Below, piece by piece: positions 48,833-63,311 of a DNA stretch of 64,000 nucleotides; the stretch's first letter is position 1, and each line of letters opens with the position of its first letter. This DNA comes from Owenia fusiformis (Eukaryota), in assembly GCA_903813345.2 (NCBI GenBank), contig CAIIXF020000001.1, positions 15,066,001 through 15,130,000 of the forward strand, written 5' to 3'. A model generated the notes under the pieces. It was not told the DNA's origin. It ran no database searches and saw only the letters and a program-made list of their open reading frames with translations. A program made the translations under genes and the position numbers.

Positions 48833-50713
48833 ATGGAGAGGAAAGCTAAGAAACGACTCAGCAAGAACAAGAAAAAGACATGGAAGAAGACTGATGTACA
48901 AGATGTCGAGGATCACCTGGAGGATCAGAGACTGCAGGAACGTACTGGTGGCCTCCTGGCTGAGAAGACTGATGAACAACTGTTCTTTGTCGATTCTACA
49001 AAGCCTGTAGAGGAACCTGTACCAGCTAAAAGAAGCCGTCGTGATCCTAAACCTTTGAAATGTCACAGTGCCTTGTTGCCTGACCCCAGGATTAAACCAG
49101 CGAGGGTGGCCCATAATATCAGACGGGATAATCTGAAGCGTAAATGTGCTAAAAAAGTATCTGACATTCAGAATGATGTGTTGTCACCTACTAGAAAAGA
49201 AGCTCTTCATAATCAAGTTAACGCTAAGCTGAATCGTCAAACGAGAATCCGATCAAAAAAGATCACACCTCATGCCAAATTTGATCTTTGGGGTGGTGAA
49301 ATAGACCAAACTAAACAGGAAGATGATGACCATTTTGCTACTGTGACTCGCAAGAAGCCTGTAAAACTGCCATCATATCACAATAAGAAACCCTCTAGCC
49401 TGCCTGCAGTTGAGGTGGCCCTCCCTGGTGCTTCTTACAACCCAACCTATGATGACCATCAGCAATTGCTACATGTTGCCAACAAGGTTGAAGTGAAGAA
49501 ATTGAAGGTTGAGGAGAAGATCTTACGCCAAACAGACCACATGTTCCCAAAAGCTGATAAAGCACCAACTAAACAAGATCATTTGCAGGTTTGTGACTTT
49601 AATGACAGTGGCAGAGGCTTCCTTTATTAACATTTATATGTCCTGTTTTGTGAAGTATGTGAGAATTGGCTCATTTACAAGATGTTTCATGTTTTAATTC
49701 TTTTAATTTACAACTCAGAGGAGAGAATGTGTCAAACCCTTTCCCATATTGACATATTCTCTTCTCTAAAGTGTATTATATATTTTGCAGCTAGACATTT
49801 AAGAAGAGAGAATGTGTCAAACCCCTTTCCCATATTGACATATTCTCTCATCTAAAGTGTAGTTGTAAAATATAGTTAATTAGAATCTTAATGTATTTCA
49901 CATTTGAAACTTCTACTCCTCCAAAGTAAACAAAAAATGAAAACATCATTTTTATAAAAAAATGAAAAAGACTCGAAACATTTTGATCTCATTAAAATAC
50001 CTTCAGAGTTATGCTGAAAACTTATGCAAATATTATCCTGGCACTAGTGCCATTAAAAAGTTAATAAAATCTTCTGATCCTGACCCATGCTTTTTATTGT
50101 GAATTTCTTAAAATTTGGCCATATTTGTGCTAACCTTGTTTCATGTGATTTGCAGGAGATGTCAGCTGGCTTATATGAGGAGGAGGATGATAGCGAGGGA
50201 GAAGAAGACACAGAATACACGTCCATAAACCCTGCAGTCAGGCGTGACAAGAAGAAGACACCACAAACAAGACGCAAAGAAAAAGAGCGCAAAGCGAAAG
50301 AAACTCAACTGAAACTTGAAAAATTAAAGCGGAAGAAGGACACTGAGTTATTTAGAATTAAATCTATTCAGAAGGATGTCACTAAAAGCATTAAGCAACA
50401 CAGTGAGAAAATGGCAAAGCAACAGACTAAAAGGGCTGAGAGGAAAGATAAGACTCAGAGATTAGGTTCTAATAAATTTGAAGCTCCAGAGACTGAGCTG
50501 AAGCTCTCTGATGAGCTAGTTGGCTCATTGAGACTGTTGAAACCAGAGGGGAATCTACTGGAGGACAGGTACAAGAGCATGCAGAAGAGGAATATCATTG
50601 AACCAAGGAAGAGGGTGAAGGTCTACAGGAAATATAAACTTAAGGACTATAAAAAACCAGGTCATGGTGCCCAGGCATATATGAACTCGTATAAGGCTAA
50701 GGGGAAGAAATAA
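48833..50713 (+). CDS. NOP53: Ribosome biogenesis protein NOP53 (GLTSCR2/PICT1), 437 aa. Coding exons 48833-49588 and 50156-50713.
   Basis: N-terminal SKNKKKTWKKTDVQDVEDHLED, the LFFVD arch-interacting motif, PAVEVALPGASYNPTYDDHQQLL and C-terminal LKPEGNLLEDRYKSMQKRNIIEPR. One phase-0 GT-AG intron. An acceptor just before the ATG (48827) implies an upstream non-coding exon. AATAAA near 50794. Confidence 0.96.
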
Positions 50714-52006
50714 TATGGAATTACCTATTTGATTATAATGCTTGCCATATTATGATTATGGTGAAAAGATTTTTGAATATGAGATTTCCTGGAAATAAAG
50801 GAAAATGGGTGAAGGTTAATTATTTTGTCAACCTAATGGATATCGGTAATATGTTTCACTTTATACATACTGTTACTTGAGCATCTGATAAACAATGCCA
50901 AAAAAGTAAAAATTAATTTTGGGAATTTCTTTTCATGCTCTGTACATACATGGCATACATCATGGAATTCATCCTCTATTGAAACAATTTTAGGAAAATT
51001 TAAAAGGCTGAAAATACATGGAGTAAACTTGACCCTCGATTTAAAGTATGACATGAATTCCTCCAAACTTGAACAGAAATAGAATCAGTGGATGAATTCC
51101 TTTTAGAATCATGGTAATGTATATAAAGTGAATTCAGTAAATAAAAATATATTCAATAAAATTGAAATCTTACTTGGTCCATTTTTAAGAACTACACATA
51201 TTTCCAGATAATCATTTACATATGTTATGCCAATAATATACATGTTGCTGTTGTATCTATAAAATGCTTCCCAATCCAAACTCATCTTATTTGTTTCCCC
51301 TTAAAGTGCAGTACATGCATTCATAGATTGTATGGGTGCTTTGGTCCACAAGTGGGTCAAGTTGAACAACTAGTAGATACATTATAACACATTTTTGCTA
51401 AAATTGTTATTGTGAAAATGGCATTAATACCAACACTAATCAACTCTAATTTGAGAGTAAAACCATGTTAACAAAAGTCATTATTAATATTCTGAATTAT
51501 TTTTGTATTCCATTTATTACTACCAAGTGATGCTTTACATAACAGAATACTTGATAGTATGTCACATTCAAAGAAATGCCCATGGTCTCTTATTATGAGG
51601 GAAACTAGCCAGAAATTACTTACTTACTTACTTACTTTATTTTTGACACATGTTATTTCAAGAAAATTTGAAGCATAATATTGCATATACAAGGGGTGTT
51701 CAATCAGTAATGGATCACCATAACTAAACAGTAAAAAACGATGGTCAAGAAAAATGATTAAACATATACTACTTGTTACTAAATGCTTGTACTATTATGT
51801 ATTTAGTATTTGTAATAGCAATTCGTCATAAGAATTATTTTAAAAGGAATCATAATCGGACTGAAAAAGGCAAAATTAGCAAATAATGTACATGCAGCTT
51901 CAGAATGTGTCATTTAAGTGTCTGTGCTGTGGTTTGTACATGAACTACTGTACTACCTTCATATATGGGATCTCCAATCTTTTGCATATTTTCAGGAATA
52001 TAGTTA

Positions 52007-52230
52007 CAGGGTGTTTCATAATGATCGGCCCCCAATCCACAGCCAATCCTAGATAACACTGGCCCTATAATCTATATACCATAATAAAGGTTATTCAGTT
52101 CTGGACTTATGTGCCAAATTTTAGCATGACTGGTCAGAATTGAACAAGCTTTCATATGATATATAACATAAGGCGATATGCTATTTAGGATTGGTGGTTG
52201 ATTGGGGGACAGTCATTATGAAACACCCAG
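52007..52230. mobile_element. Short Tc1/mariner MITE
   Basis: CAGGGTGTTTCATAATGA..GGCCCCCAATC ... GATTGGGGGACAGTCATTATGAAACACCC. Confidence 0.7.
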
Positions 52231-52417
52231 TTTTTGGATGATTTCTGCACTGGTGGAAAAGAATTAAGAGAATTAGTCAAGTCTTTAAGAAACTTTCAAG
52301 CAAAAAGAGTTGTTATACTTTGTTAATGATCACCACTTGTAGTCACAATCTCTCGCTCACTCTTAATTTTCTACAGTCCACGTTTTGCTCAAACACAAAA
52401 TCACAGTATATATTCAG

Positions 52418-55105
52418 CTACTGAGTGATGGAAAATTTACCATCAATTGTATATATTTCCTTTTTGGTAGGACTATCATTATAAGTTTCAAGATCATGTT
52501 CTTTTTGCCATCTATACTTCATGAGTGCCTCAATGGCAATATAGCTGACTATTCCAAGTAGCAGGATGCCCAAGTTTGTCAGTACTTTAGCATACATACA
52601 CAAGTTGCTGCTTAATGCAAAGGCAAGGGTAGAACCTACATTGTGCCACAGGTTCTTTGCACTGAATGCTGTCTCCATGTCTGTTGCGAACAGAATCCCA
52701 GTTGTTGCTGAAAAAATTGAAATCGGAGATACAGTGTATTAATTTTTGCATGCTTGGTTTCAACATGGGCTTTCAAGAGAGTGTTGAAAGCCCATGGTTT
52801 CAAGTCCAAGAAAATACATAGGGTTGATTTATATAATTATATTTCCACAAAATGATCATTCTACAATTCTGTTGATACTTGATAGCTATGACACATGATT
52901 TAGTAATTTGTGTCACATAAATAATGGATCAGTTTCTATTGCATACATCAGATAGCTAGATATTGTTAATAAATAACATAAATCCTGTTTCAAATGGATC
53001 ACCATAAAAATTATCATTCAACTTATTGATATTAACTTATTGATATTCTTATCAACTACAATTATAGATCTTAGTTATTTTTTTTGTTCCCATTATAATC
53101 CCCTATTTAGTCCTAAAGTAATGACTGAATTGTTTCATACCACTAAGCTGGGTCTGCCATACTGCATCTCCAACACCCCACACGAATGGCAGCACAAAGA
53201 ACATTGGCAGCTGCGTTGCTGTAGGAGTCCAGAACAACATAGCTGCCATGACTGCAGTATGGGATAATGCAGCCATAAATACCATTGTCACACGGCCAAG
53301 GTATTTCTGTAGGAAGCCTCCAATATAGGCAAACACTGTGTTGGAAACACCAATGAACAGCATGGAATAACCAACAAATCCTACTCCAAGCTCACATGTC
53401 ACAAACGACTGAAACAAAATCATTTTTTGTCAGCATTCCATGGATTTAGATTGCTGGTTAACCCTCCTAGAAATACATGTAGGTGCAGATGGCACTAACA
53501 TGCATGAACATTTATGAAAAATAGAGAGATAGTGATATAGTAAACGTTAAGAGTAACATCATGGAGTCCGATCATGATAGTTGTTCTGAAACATTTACAA
53601 CATTCCTGGATATGGTACAGGGTGAGCCAAAAAGATAACCCAATCAAATCTTAATACCTCAGTCATCCAGTATGGGCACAAGTAAACATTGTTCAATGTT
53701 CTTTAACTCACTTAAGTGTCTAATGGTTATGATTTTATGGTCATTTTACAAATCATGCTCAAAATGTCTTTTTTCGAGGCAATCTTTAACACATCAGATT
53801 AAGTTTTCTGATTACCTGTTCACAGATATATTGTATAATGGCTCACATTTGCCTTCTTATCTCTTATTTCAACCCTGAATCTTCTAGTTAATAGTTAATG
53901 TAATGTACATATTACCTTTGAAATAGCTCCAAAAATAAATTATGTGGTTTCATATTTGATGATTTTGGTAATTTTTGGCATTTGGAGCATGTTTTGTAAA
54001 ATGGCCATAAAACGATGACCATTGGAATGATAACTTGATAGAAAGAACATTGAACAAGGTTCCATTGTGCTAAATATGACTTAAAACCCATCTGGATGAT
54101 TGAGTAATTTGTTTGGGTTACCTTTTTTTGGCTCACCCTTGTATGTTATTTTGCTTTCAAAAAGTGCTAAGAACCTTGCACGTACTGTACCTGTGTAAAG
54201 TCACTCTGCATCAATGCATTCTTGAATCCAATGTAAAGGAACAGTGAGATAATCAGGAGCAGCTTCACATTCTTGTGCAATTTCATTGTACCAAGAATCT
54301 TCATACCAACTGATGATGATTTCTTGGTTTTAGACTCAACTGGTGCGAGGAATAAGATTACTATGGTTACTGCAACCACAACAAATCCCAGATAAATGCC
54401 CAGTAAAGTGTACATCCTTCCATCTTCTGGCCTTTGAAATGTTGTCTCATTACCCATTGTGTCAATCTCATATGGACAAAAGTTTGCCCCACAGGTTGTT
54501 ACCATTTTGGTAGAGTTCAATGTTGTACTTGGAGCTTGCTGTTGTTGTAAGACTAACGATGATATCAAATTTCCCCATATCCTAGCAGAGTTAAACAAGG
54601 AAAAGAAAATGCCACTGAACCTCCCGAGAACAACTTGGTCCTTCTCTCCTGTTAAGTCCGCATAATCCAAAGCTATTGTTGACCTGTATACTCCTAATGA
54701 TGTTGCTACAAGACCTTGTGTTAAACCAACTATTACACTTGCTGGATATAATGTGTAGGTTCTCGGGTAAAAGTTAGCAGCCACAAATACCCCATGGCTG
54801 AAAATGCCAACAGTAAACATCCATTTTGCGCCAAATGTTTGAACAAGGAATGAAGATAGGAAAAGTTGAGAGACAACAGTTGCTGCAGATCTGATGCTAA
54901 GAGTTGTGGCCCCCAGTCCCTGAGCACCATTTAGACTACTCTGCAGGCTCACTAGTGAAAAGAATGCAGAGTGAGAGATCATGGAAGTCAATGATAAAAT
55001 AATCAGACTAAACATTATCCTTCTTTTTTTCTTAATTGTATTTTGATGATCTTCAGGATCTTGTGCTGTTTCTTCATTTTTTAGATCTTTCTTTTTAAAA
55101 TCCAT
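52418..55105 (-). CDS. UNC93A: UNC-93-like MFS membrane protein (UNC93A-like), 490 aa. Exons 55105-54191, 53408-53141, 52707-52418.
   Basis: Motifs AFFSLVSLQSSLN..QGLG, ANFYPRTYTLYPAS, WGNLISSLVL, CGANFCP, DFTQSFVTCELGVGFVGY, WGVGDAVWQTQ and AFSAKNLWHNVG. Exons total 1473 nt in frame. Confidence 0.92.
53618..54141. mobile_element. Tc1/mariner MITE in a UNC93A-like intron, TA TSD
   Basis: TA|CAGGGTGAGCCAAAAAGATAACCC ... GGGTTACCTTTTTTTGGCTCACCCTTG|TA. Confidence 0.8.
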
Positions 55106-58100
55106 GGTGATTGTTTTATAAATCTTATCCTCTATATCTCCCTCAATTAGGCATGCATAAAATGATCTTTCAAATTCAATACTAAAAATGACACAAGTAC
55201 TTTATATTATTTAATTTATTTGTATCAACGATATTTTGTGCATGTCATCCCTCTTTCAAATAATGGGCAGTTTTCTAATTATAAATCGATACATGTAAAT
55301 AATGGAGTTTTATAATTTTATTCACATGGCCTAACACACTTTTATGAAGTTCAACTCAGATTTAATTAACAACTTCTAGTTAAAAGATATGCAAATCATG
55401 AGTTAACTAACACTGTAAAAGATAAACGTGAGAAATTGTGAAGTGCCATGTGATTTTATCTGAGTTCATTGATATGCAAATCATGAGTTAACTAACACTG
55501 TAAAAGATAAACGTGAGAAATTGTGAAGTGCCATGTGATTTTATCTGAGTTCATTGGGAATGTGCAAACAGTAGCCAGGACAAACTCATAATATACTTGA
55601 GATATTGTTTTGTTTAAAGGGAATTGAAGTACATGTGCATTGTGCATGTAGTCTGATCCTAAATAACATTTTAATTACAAAGGATAGGTATCGATATGGT
55701 GCTTTATTGTTAACTGATTGACAACAATTCTTGAGAATGAAATGAACCTCGTTGGAACAAAAAAGCATATACAGCATTTTCTTAGACCTCTCAATATTAT
55801 AGTTATACAAAGGAAATTTAGGTTGATTTTACAATTTTACAAAAAGTATTCAAAAAATTAAAACAAAACCCCCAAAATAGATAAAAATTAAGATAAACCT
55901 TTATTTCATTAGCAAGAAAAAATCAACCAAACTTTCCTTTGTACAATTACAATATTGAGAGACCTAAACATGTTCTGTTTACGTTCAATGAGTTTCGGAT
56001 AGATGTTTCATTTCATTCCGAAAATATGATACCAAGAACAATAGAAATGCCTGATGTGTTTTCTAAAACAATATAGAGAAAAGGATATATATTTTTTCAA
56101 ATTATATTGTTACCATTCAAAAGATGACCACTAAATTGATGATGTGTAAAATTTTCAGAATTCTTTGATGACTGGTTTAAGAGAAACTTTGTGTTCAAAA
56201 AGTTCACCATATCGATACCAATCCTTTTGGGACAATTTTAAGGCAACCTTTTTCAGTTTTAACAAGCAATTCATTTTTCTACATATTTAAAATTCTGAAT
56301 TTTCACCATGCTTATGAAGTCCACTGATGGTCCATACTTATGAAGTCCATTACAGGTTTCATAATACACATCTTAACGCGAACAGTGTCAACAAGTGTTT
56401 GATGTGTTTTTTAAAACAATATAGACGGCAGTATGTATATCTATTTCAAATTATATTGTTACCATTCAAAAGATGGCCATTATATTGACAATTTGTAAAT
56501 TTTTCAGAATTCTTTGATGACTGGTTTAAGAGAAACGTGTGTTCAAAAAGTTCACCGTTTCGATACCAATCCTTTGGGACAATTTTAAGGCAACATTTTT
56601 CAGTTTTAACAAGCAATTAATTTTTCTACATTTTTAAAATTTTGATAAGAATTTTCAACATGCTTATGAAGTCCATTGATGGTGCATTTTGTGCTAATAA
56701 CATTCAGAATTTAAAAATTACTTAGTATTTAGTATTAAAGCAATGGCACCAAATACCAATGAAAGAATTATTCTTGAATCTGAAATGTGACAATATATTG
56801 ACACAATGCTGTTCAAAAACATTGATTTGCAACTAAAAGATATTACAGGTTTCATAATACATATCTTTCCTAAGAGTGTAAAGAAAATCTGCCCACCAGT
56901 ATTTGTGTTATTTTATGCAGATAGACCAATATATACATCATCGAAGGTCAAATCTAAAGTCAGATTTGAACTTCTGATATTTTGTAGATGATTTTGAAAA
57001 AAAGAATTGGTCAATTTGAAGCAAATTGAAGAGACCTTTTTGATGATCTTGAGGATCTTGTGCTGTTTCTTCATTTTTTAGATATTTCTTTTTAAAATCC
57101 ATGGTGATGGTTTTATTATCTTATCCTCTATATCTCCCTCAATTAGGCATGCACAAAATGATCTTTCAAATTCAATACTAAAAAAATGACACAAGTACTT
57201 TATATTATTTAATTTATTTGTATCAATTTTTGTGCAAGTCATCCCTCTTTCAAATAATGGGCAATTTTCATAGGTAATTATATATCGATACATCTAAATC
57301 ATGGAGTTTTATGATTTTATTCACATGGCCTAACACACTATTACTAAGTTCAACTCAGATTTATTTTACAACTTCTGATTTCAAGCTAAAACTGTACAAG
57401 ATAATCGTGTGAAATTGTGAAGTGCCATGTGATTTCATCTGAGTTCACTGGGAACAAGCAAGCAGAAGCCAGGACAAACTCATAATGCACTTAAAGATAT
57501 TGTTTTGCTTAAAGGGCATTGAAGTACGTATACATGCACATTTTGCATGTAGTCTGATCCTGAATAATATTTTAATTACAAAGGATAGGTATCGATATGG
57601 TGAACTGAATTCAACAATGTGTTTCTCTTAAACCAATTATTGAAAACATTCCGTAAAAACACGGTCCTCTATGTAATGTAAACTGATTGACAACAATTTA
57701 TTTATTTATTTATATATATTTTATAATTATAACTGTTTTTGTTAACATTTTTCGTTTTTTAGTGCAATTGTTTTTTATTGTTCCTCATTGGAACAAAATA
57801 GCCTTGTACAACATTTTCTTAGACCTCTCATTATTATAGTTATACAAAGAAAATTTTGGTTGATTTTACAATTTTACAAAAAGTATTCAAAAAATTAAAA
57901 CAAAACCCCCCAAAATAGAGAAAAATTAAGACAAACCTTTTATTTCATTAGCAAGAAAAAATCAACCAAACTTTCCCTTGTACAATTACAATATTGAGAG
58001 ACCTAAACACGTTGTGTTTATGTCCAATGAGGTTTGGATAGATGTTTCATTTCATTCCGAAAATATAATACCAAGAACAAAAGAAATGTCTGATGTGTTT

Positions 58101-58594
58101 TCTAAAACAATGTAGAGAAAGTATATATATTTTTTTCAAATTATATTGTTACCATTCAAAAGATGACTACTAAATTGACGATGTGTAAAATTTTCAGAAT
58201 TTTTTGATGACTGGTTTAAGAGAAACGTGTGTTCAAAAAGTTCACCATATCGATACCAATCCTTTTGGGACAATTTTAAGGCAACCTTTTTCAGTTTTAA
58301 CAAGCAATTAATTTTTCTACATATTTAAAATTTTGAATTTTCACCATGCTTATGAAGTCCACTGATGGTCCATGCTTATGAAGTCCATTACAGGTTTCAT
58401 AATACACATCCTTTCAAAGAGTGTAAAGAAAATCTGCCCACCAGTATTAGTGTTATTTTATGCAGATAGACAAATATATACACCATCGAAGGTCAAATCT
58501 CAAATCTAAAGTCACATTTGAACTTCTGATATTTTGTAGATGATTTAAAAAAAAAGATTTGGTCAATTTGAAGCAAATTGAAGAGACCTTTTTG
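55041..58594. repeat. Local tandem duplication (copy A about 55041-57043, copy B about 57038-58594)
   Basis: The copies are colinear from ttttgatgatctt to gagacctttttga, with shared ttttga at the junction. Copy A has an extra 86-bp tandem repeat (55385-55556) and a second internal duplication near 56395-56680. Confidence 0.85.
56938..57180 (-). pseudogene. Duplicated 5' fragment of the UNC93A-like first coding exon (acceptor, ATG, about 21 codons) fused to repeat sequence; 54-aa ORF 57102->56938
   Basis: MDFKKKYLKNEETAQDPQDHQ-KGLFNLL...* versus the gene's MDFKKKDLKNEETAQDPEDHQN. The acceptor is copied at 57178-57179. Confidence 0.8.
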
Positions 58595-61500
58595 ACCTTT
58601 TTTGACCTTGAGAAGGTCATTGAAGGTCAAACCTCAAATCTAAAGTCAGAATTGAACTTCTGATAACCTGTGGTGGTGGTACTTTTGATACCATTAACTC
58701 TTTTAATGGGTGGTAAATTAACAACACAGTTTGAATGATTCAATTCAACTAGAAAATGTATTTTACAAAGCAATTATTTTCTACATTTTTTCAAGCTTTA
58801 ATAGTTACAAAAAGAATATTTGATAAGGTTCAAATCCATTGATGGTGAAGTAAACATCATCAAGAATTGAAGTATTCTTTAGTATTTTGGGGTAATCTAA
58901 GGATTAGATTCAGAAGTAGAAAATGGCAATGTCACTAAACACCAAATCCCAATGAACATATTATTCATAAATCTCACTGATCCCCAACTGGTTTTATAGA
59001 TATCATGTCTTTATAACAAAATGAATAAACTTATGTCAGAAGAAACATTTTCACCAAGAACAAGAAGAAGGTCGATTTTTGTATCTGAAAATTTTACCCG
59101 TATCCAAATATTTCACATGTTTGTTAATAGTAAACATCCAGGAAGTTAACCAACCAAAGCGTTATGAAATAACTGGATATATTTGCTTGTGATTGACTAG
59201 CTTTTCAGTAAGTGGATGTTAACTTTTAAAATACATGTAAAATATTTGGATACAAATCAACCTCTTTGTAGGTGAAAACTGAGAACGATGAAAAAAAATT
59301 GTACAAACTCAAGTTCACTCATTTTGTGGGGACCAGTGAATCTGAAATGTGACAATACAATATGTTGACAATCTGCCTTGAATTTACACATAAAAAAGAT
59401 ATAGACATCCAGTAGTGATATATCAGAATTCCCATACATATCTTTCCAAAATGTGAAGAATCTCTGAGCACTACACAGGGAAATATGCTGATTTCTAAAT
59501 TCGTACAAAATTAGCAGTCTGGCAAAAGCACACTCATAAGCACTCAACTACAAGTGCTGGTTCAATACTAATTTAAATTTGTACTTACTGAGGACTCAGT
59601 TTATGTATGAGTGCTCATTGAGTATTGAAAAATCAATGAAATCAATGCTATTTTATCACTCATTATACTCATCTAGTACTAAAAATGCAATAAATCAGTA
59701 CTGATGTCATAAGTGCTCATTTAGTACTAATATTTACTGAAATGAGTACTCAATATTAGTACTCGGCATATCTCCCTGTGTATTACACTACACAGAAGTA
59801 TTTGAGTCATTCTCTGGTCAAGTGGACAGATATATATACTAAGGGCTTCACAGTATTCGTTTGCAAGGATAATTATGTACACTGATTCTAGATCTTGTTC
59901 ATGGTACCCAATTCTGGATGCCTCTCACCCAATAACAAAAATATCTAAGTATTAAACTAATGATAAAGTATGTCTTTAGAGTATGTATTTATGATGGTTT
60001 TGGGAATTATTTCCACCAAACTCATGCACAAAATACTGTGTTGTCTAGGGTAGTCGCCCATTAAATTGTTTATCATCACATCACAGATATGAGTTAGTAT
60101 AATCAATACTTTTGATACCATTAACTCTTTTAATGGGTGGTAGATTAACAACACAGTTTGAATGATTCAATTCAACTAGAAAATGTATTTTATTAAAAAT
60201 AAATTTTAAGCACAAATAAGTTCATAAAATAAAGGGTAGTTTTTGAGTTTCCTGATGTTGTCCTTTGTGCTACCTCTCTTCATAGTTCTATCGCAAACAT
60301 ATTGACCAATATTAACAAAGGTCATCAAGACATAAGAGTAGTTTCAGATACATTTAAGTTTTAATTAAATTACAGGCAGCTATTTTCAGGAGATTACATG
60401 ATAATATTATCTGGATAAAATGAAAAATCATATTTGCTCCTTACTAACATGTGATAACGATCGTATATGCCAAGGTAGCATAAGTCAGTAAACTCCACTC
60501 TATATACATATTATCACCAAAATGCAGTCTGAATACAGTGAATAGAGAATTTCTTGTTCTTGTACTGTTAGTCACAAATAAACCAAGATGGCAAAGTCAG
60601 TACAAGTCAGTAATAAGTCAGACTCAGATGGAACCTGAATAGAGAATTTCTTTTCCTTGTACTGTTAGTCATGAATGTACCAAGATGGCAATTGTACACA
60701 AAAATGACTAGATGACAAGTGCACCAAGACAATATGAGGTGTCAGTTTGTTGGATACTAGACTACCAATCTCCATCAAGCTTGTCTTGGTATTTGGTGTT
60801 CCCAATCATGTTTGCATTTTGGGCACTTTGGGTTTGTTTGATCTTTGAACAGTCTTACAGCACAATATAGATGTAGTTTGGTATTATCCTCAGGTCTCTC
60901 TGCCCTGTCTTCACACACTGAGCACATCTGGCCCTGAAAGAAGTTTCATAGATGTTTTCAGTAATCTGGGTCTGTAACAATGTACATGTATGTACTGTAC
61001 AATGAAAATGCATCATCATGCAGAATAAACCTGGTCACAGCCTGAATCTAATATGCATTGAACAAGTTGGAACCAACAATATATCTTACCACTTTTGGTG
61101 GTGGTGACATAAAAAAATTAGCATAGCAGGGTACAAGAAATTTTCTCCAATTTTCCATAAGTGCGATTTTTTGATTACTTTTACAATGTCTGCCTAACCT
61201 CTATTTTCCACATGAGCTTCCCTTTTCAAATCTTTTTGTCTTTTTATTTGCAAATGCTGAATGGCAAACGTTAATTCAGAACTCTGTTGTTGTGAACAAT
61301 GAACAATTTTTTGGGGGGAAATGTCATGTCAATAGACTAGATGCAGGTAGAAATAATCTTGATTTACATCAAATATTCAAAATTCATATTTAACATCTAC
61401 ATGTAAAATTACATATAGAATTATGGTTTCAAAAATTGTTTAAGGATGTAAGCCCTGGACTCAGTACAATGTGGAATGACCATTCCTTGAAGATGTTGCT

Positions 61501-61723
61501 TTCCAAAATTTGCACGAGATGTGCAGCATCGAGTACTAATTTTAGAAAACAACGCCTGAAAGGAATGGTCATTCCCCAATGCATCGAGTCTTGGGCTTAA
61601 ATTTTTCACACATTGCCAGTGGTTTCAGTAACTTTTTTTACAAGAGGCAGCAGATTAGAAATACAAGGGGCGGCATTCAAAATAACCAATTTTACACTCC
61701 CGGAAATGCAAATTTTTGTTTTA

Positions 61724-62258
61724 CACTGGTGATCCGCTTGATTACACTGGTTACCGAAACTGTTCGTTTTGGGGTAACAAAATGTCGGAACGTCAAAGGT
61801 ACGATTTTTCTTTTTTCCTTATTTCACACGTTGTAGGCAGAATCCCAACGCCATTTTTTCTCAAAAACTAGTATCAGCACCATATGTTTTAGGAAATGTA
61901 CATGTTTGCGAAAAAATATGTCAGAAGACAACAAAATCGTCGATTTAATTCCTCACTTTAACGGTTTTGGGTTAAAAGTGCAGATCTTAACTGTTTTTCG
62001 AAAAACCGTTTATGTAACTTAAGTGAGGAATTAAGTAGACGATTCTGTTGTCTTCCGAACTATTTATTCAAAAATATGTACATTTTCTTAAACATATGAT
62101 AGTCATACTGATACATGTTTGTGTTAAAAATGTCGTGGGAATTCTGCCTACAACGTGTGAAATAAGAAAAAAAGAAAAATTGTACCTTCGATGTTCCGAC
62201 ATTTTGTTACCAAAACGGACCGTTTCGGTAACCAGCGTAATTGAGTGGATCACCAGTG
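61724..62258. mobile_element. Fold-back MITE with CACTG termini and a 3-bp TSD (CACTA/CMC-like)
   Basis: TTA|CACTGGTGATCC ... GGATCACCAGTG|TTA, with long imperfect inverted arms. Confidence 0.85.
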
Positions 62259-63311
62259 TTATTAGAGCGTCGGCGCACCGAAAGTGGATAAATGGGCAGG
62301 GAATGTCAAATTAAATTCACATTCTGATGTGCATTATGCTGTTGCTATTGCGTGGGATCACTGATCAGATGGGTTTGATGTAATCCATGGTTATTATTGT
62401 TCTTGTAAGATTAAAGGCAAAATATACTACATGTCACAAAAGTGCAAGGATGAAGACTTCACCTGTGAATATATTTCAGACAACGTATCTCATACACAAG
62501 AGTATTGTACAGTCATTCAAAGTTTTGAACATTGAATCCTATTTGAGAGGTGATTTAAAAGATTTTACGTGTTGCAGGTTTTCCAAAGTCATTTCCATGT
62601 GTGATATTGTCAATTTAATTGACCACAAGACACGGGCTACACAAAATAACATCTTGAACTGTGGAATGACTAGGGCAACTCATATAGAATGCCATTTTTA
62701 TTTTTTATATTCTTATAAAATAAATTATGATTTACTCTTCCACAGGTTTCATTTTACAAATTCAAATGCACTTCCTGGGTTGAACACTCAATATAGAATG
62801 CAACCTGTGTGTATACAATGTACAGGGCATTCAATAAGTACTGATGAAATGATGTGACTTTTTTAATCTCCCCCCTAAACTTAAGACCATATTTGGCTTC
62901 TGACAACCGGCGAATTATAGAAAACAAACGGCGATTTTGGACTCTCGCCCCCTGCTATTGAAAGCCCAGATTGCAAAACATTTTCTAAAAATTGTCACTT
63001 AAAAGAAATCACTAAAATAACATATTTTCAATGAAACCTTTTGTAAGGGTCAAGTTGGCAAAGCATCAATTTATATCTGAAGAGCCAAGTTGTCACCTTG
63101 AAAACCACATAAGGAATGACCTTGGATGCAGTGATTGGTTATATAATGCACTGCAGTTATATGAAATACTGTTTTCAGATTGGCTAGAATGGAACACACA
63201 TTGCCTATCCATGTGTCAATTATCAATATCAACTATGAAAATTTAATTTTTTTTGAAAATGTGACAACTACGTTGTAGGTCGGGTATAGAATCCAGGTTA
63301 TAATAATAAAA

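Noticed and set aside
62387-62857. 156-aa plus-strand ORF
   Set aside because: No recognisable motif, splice context or coding-like composition. It may be decayed repeat sequence.
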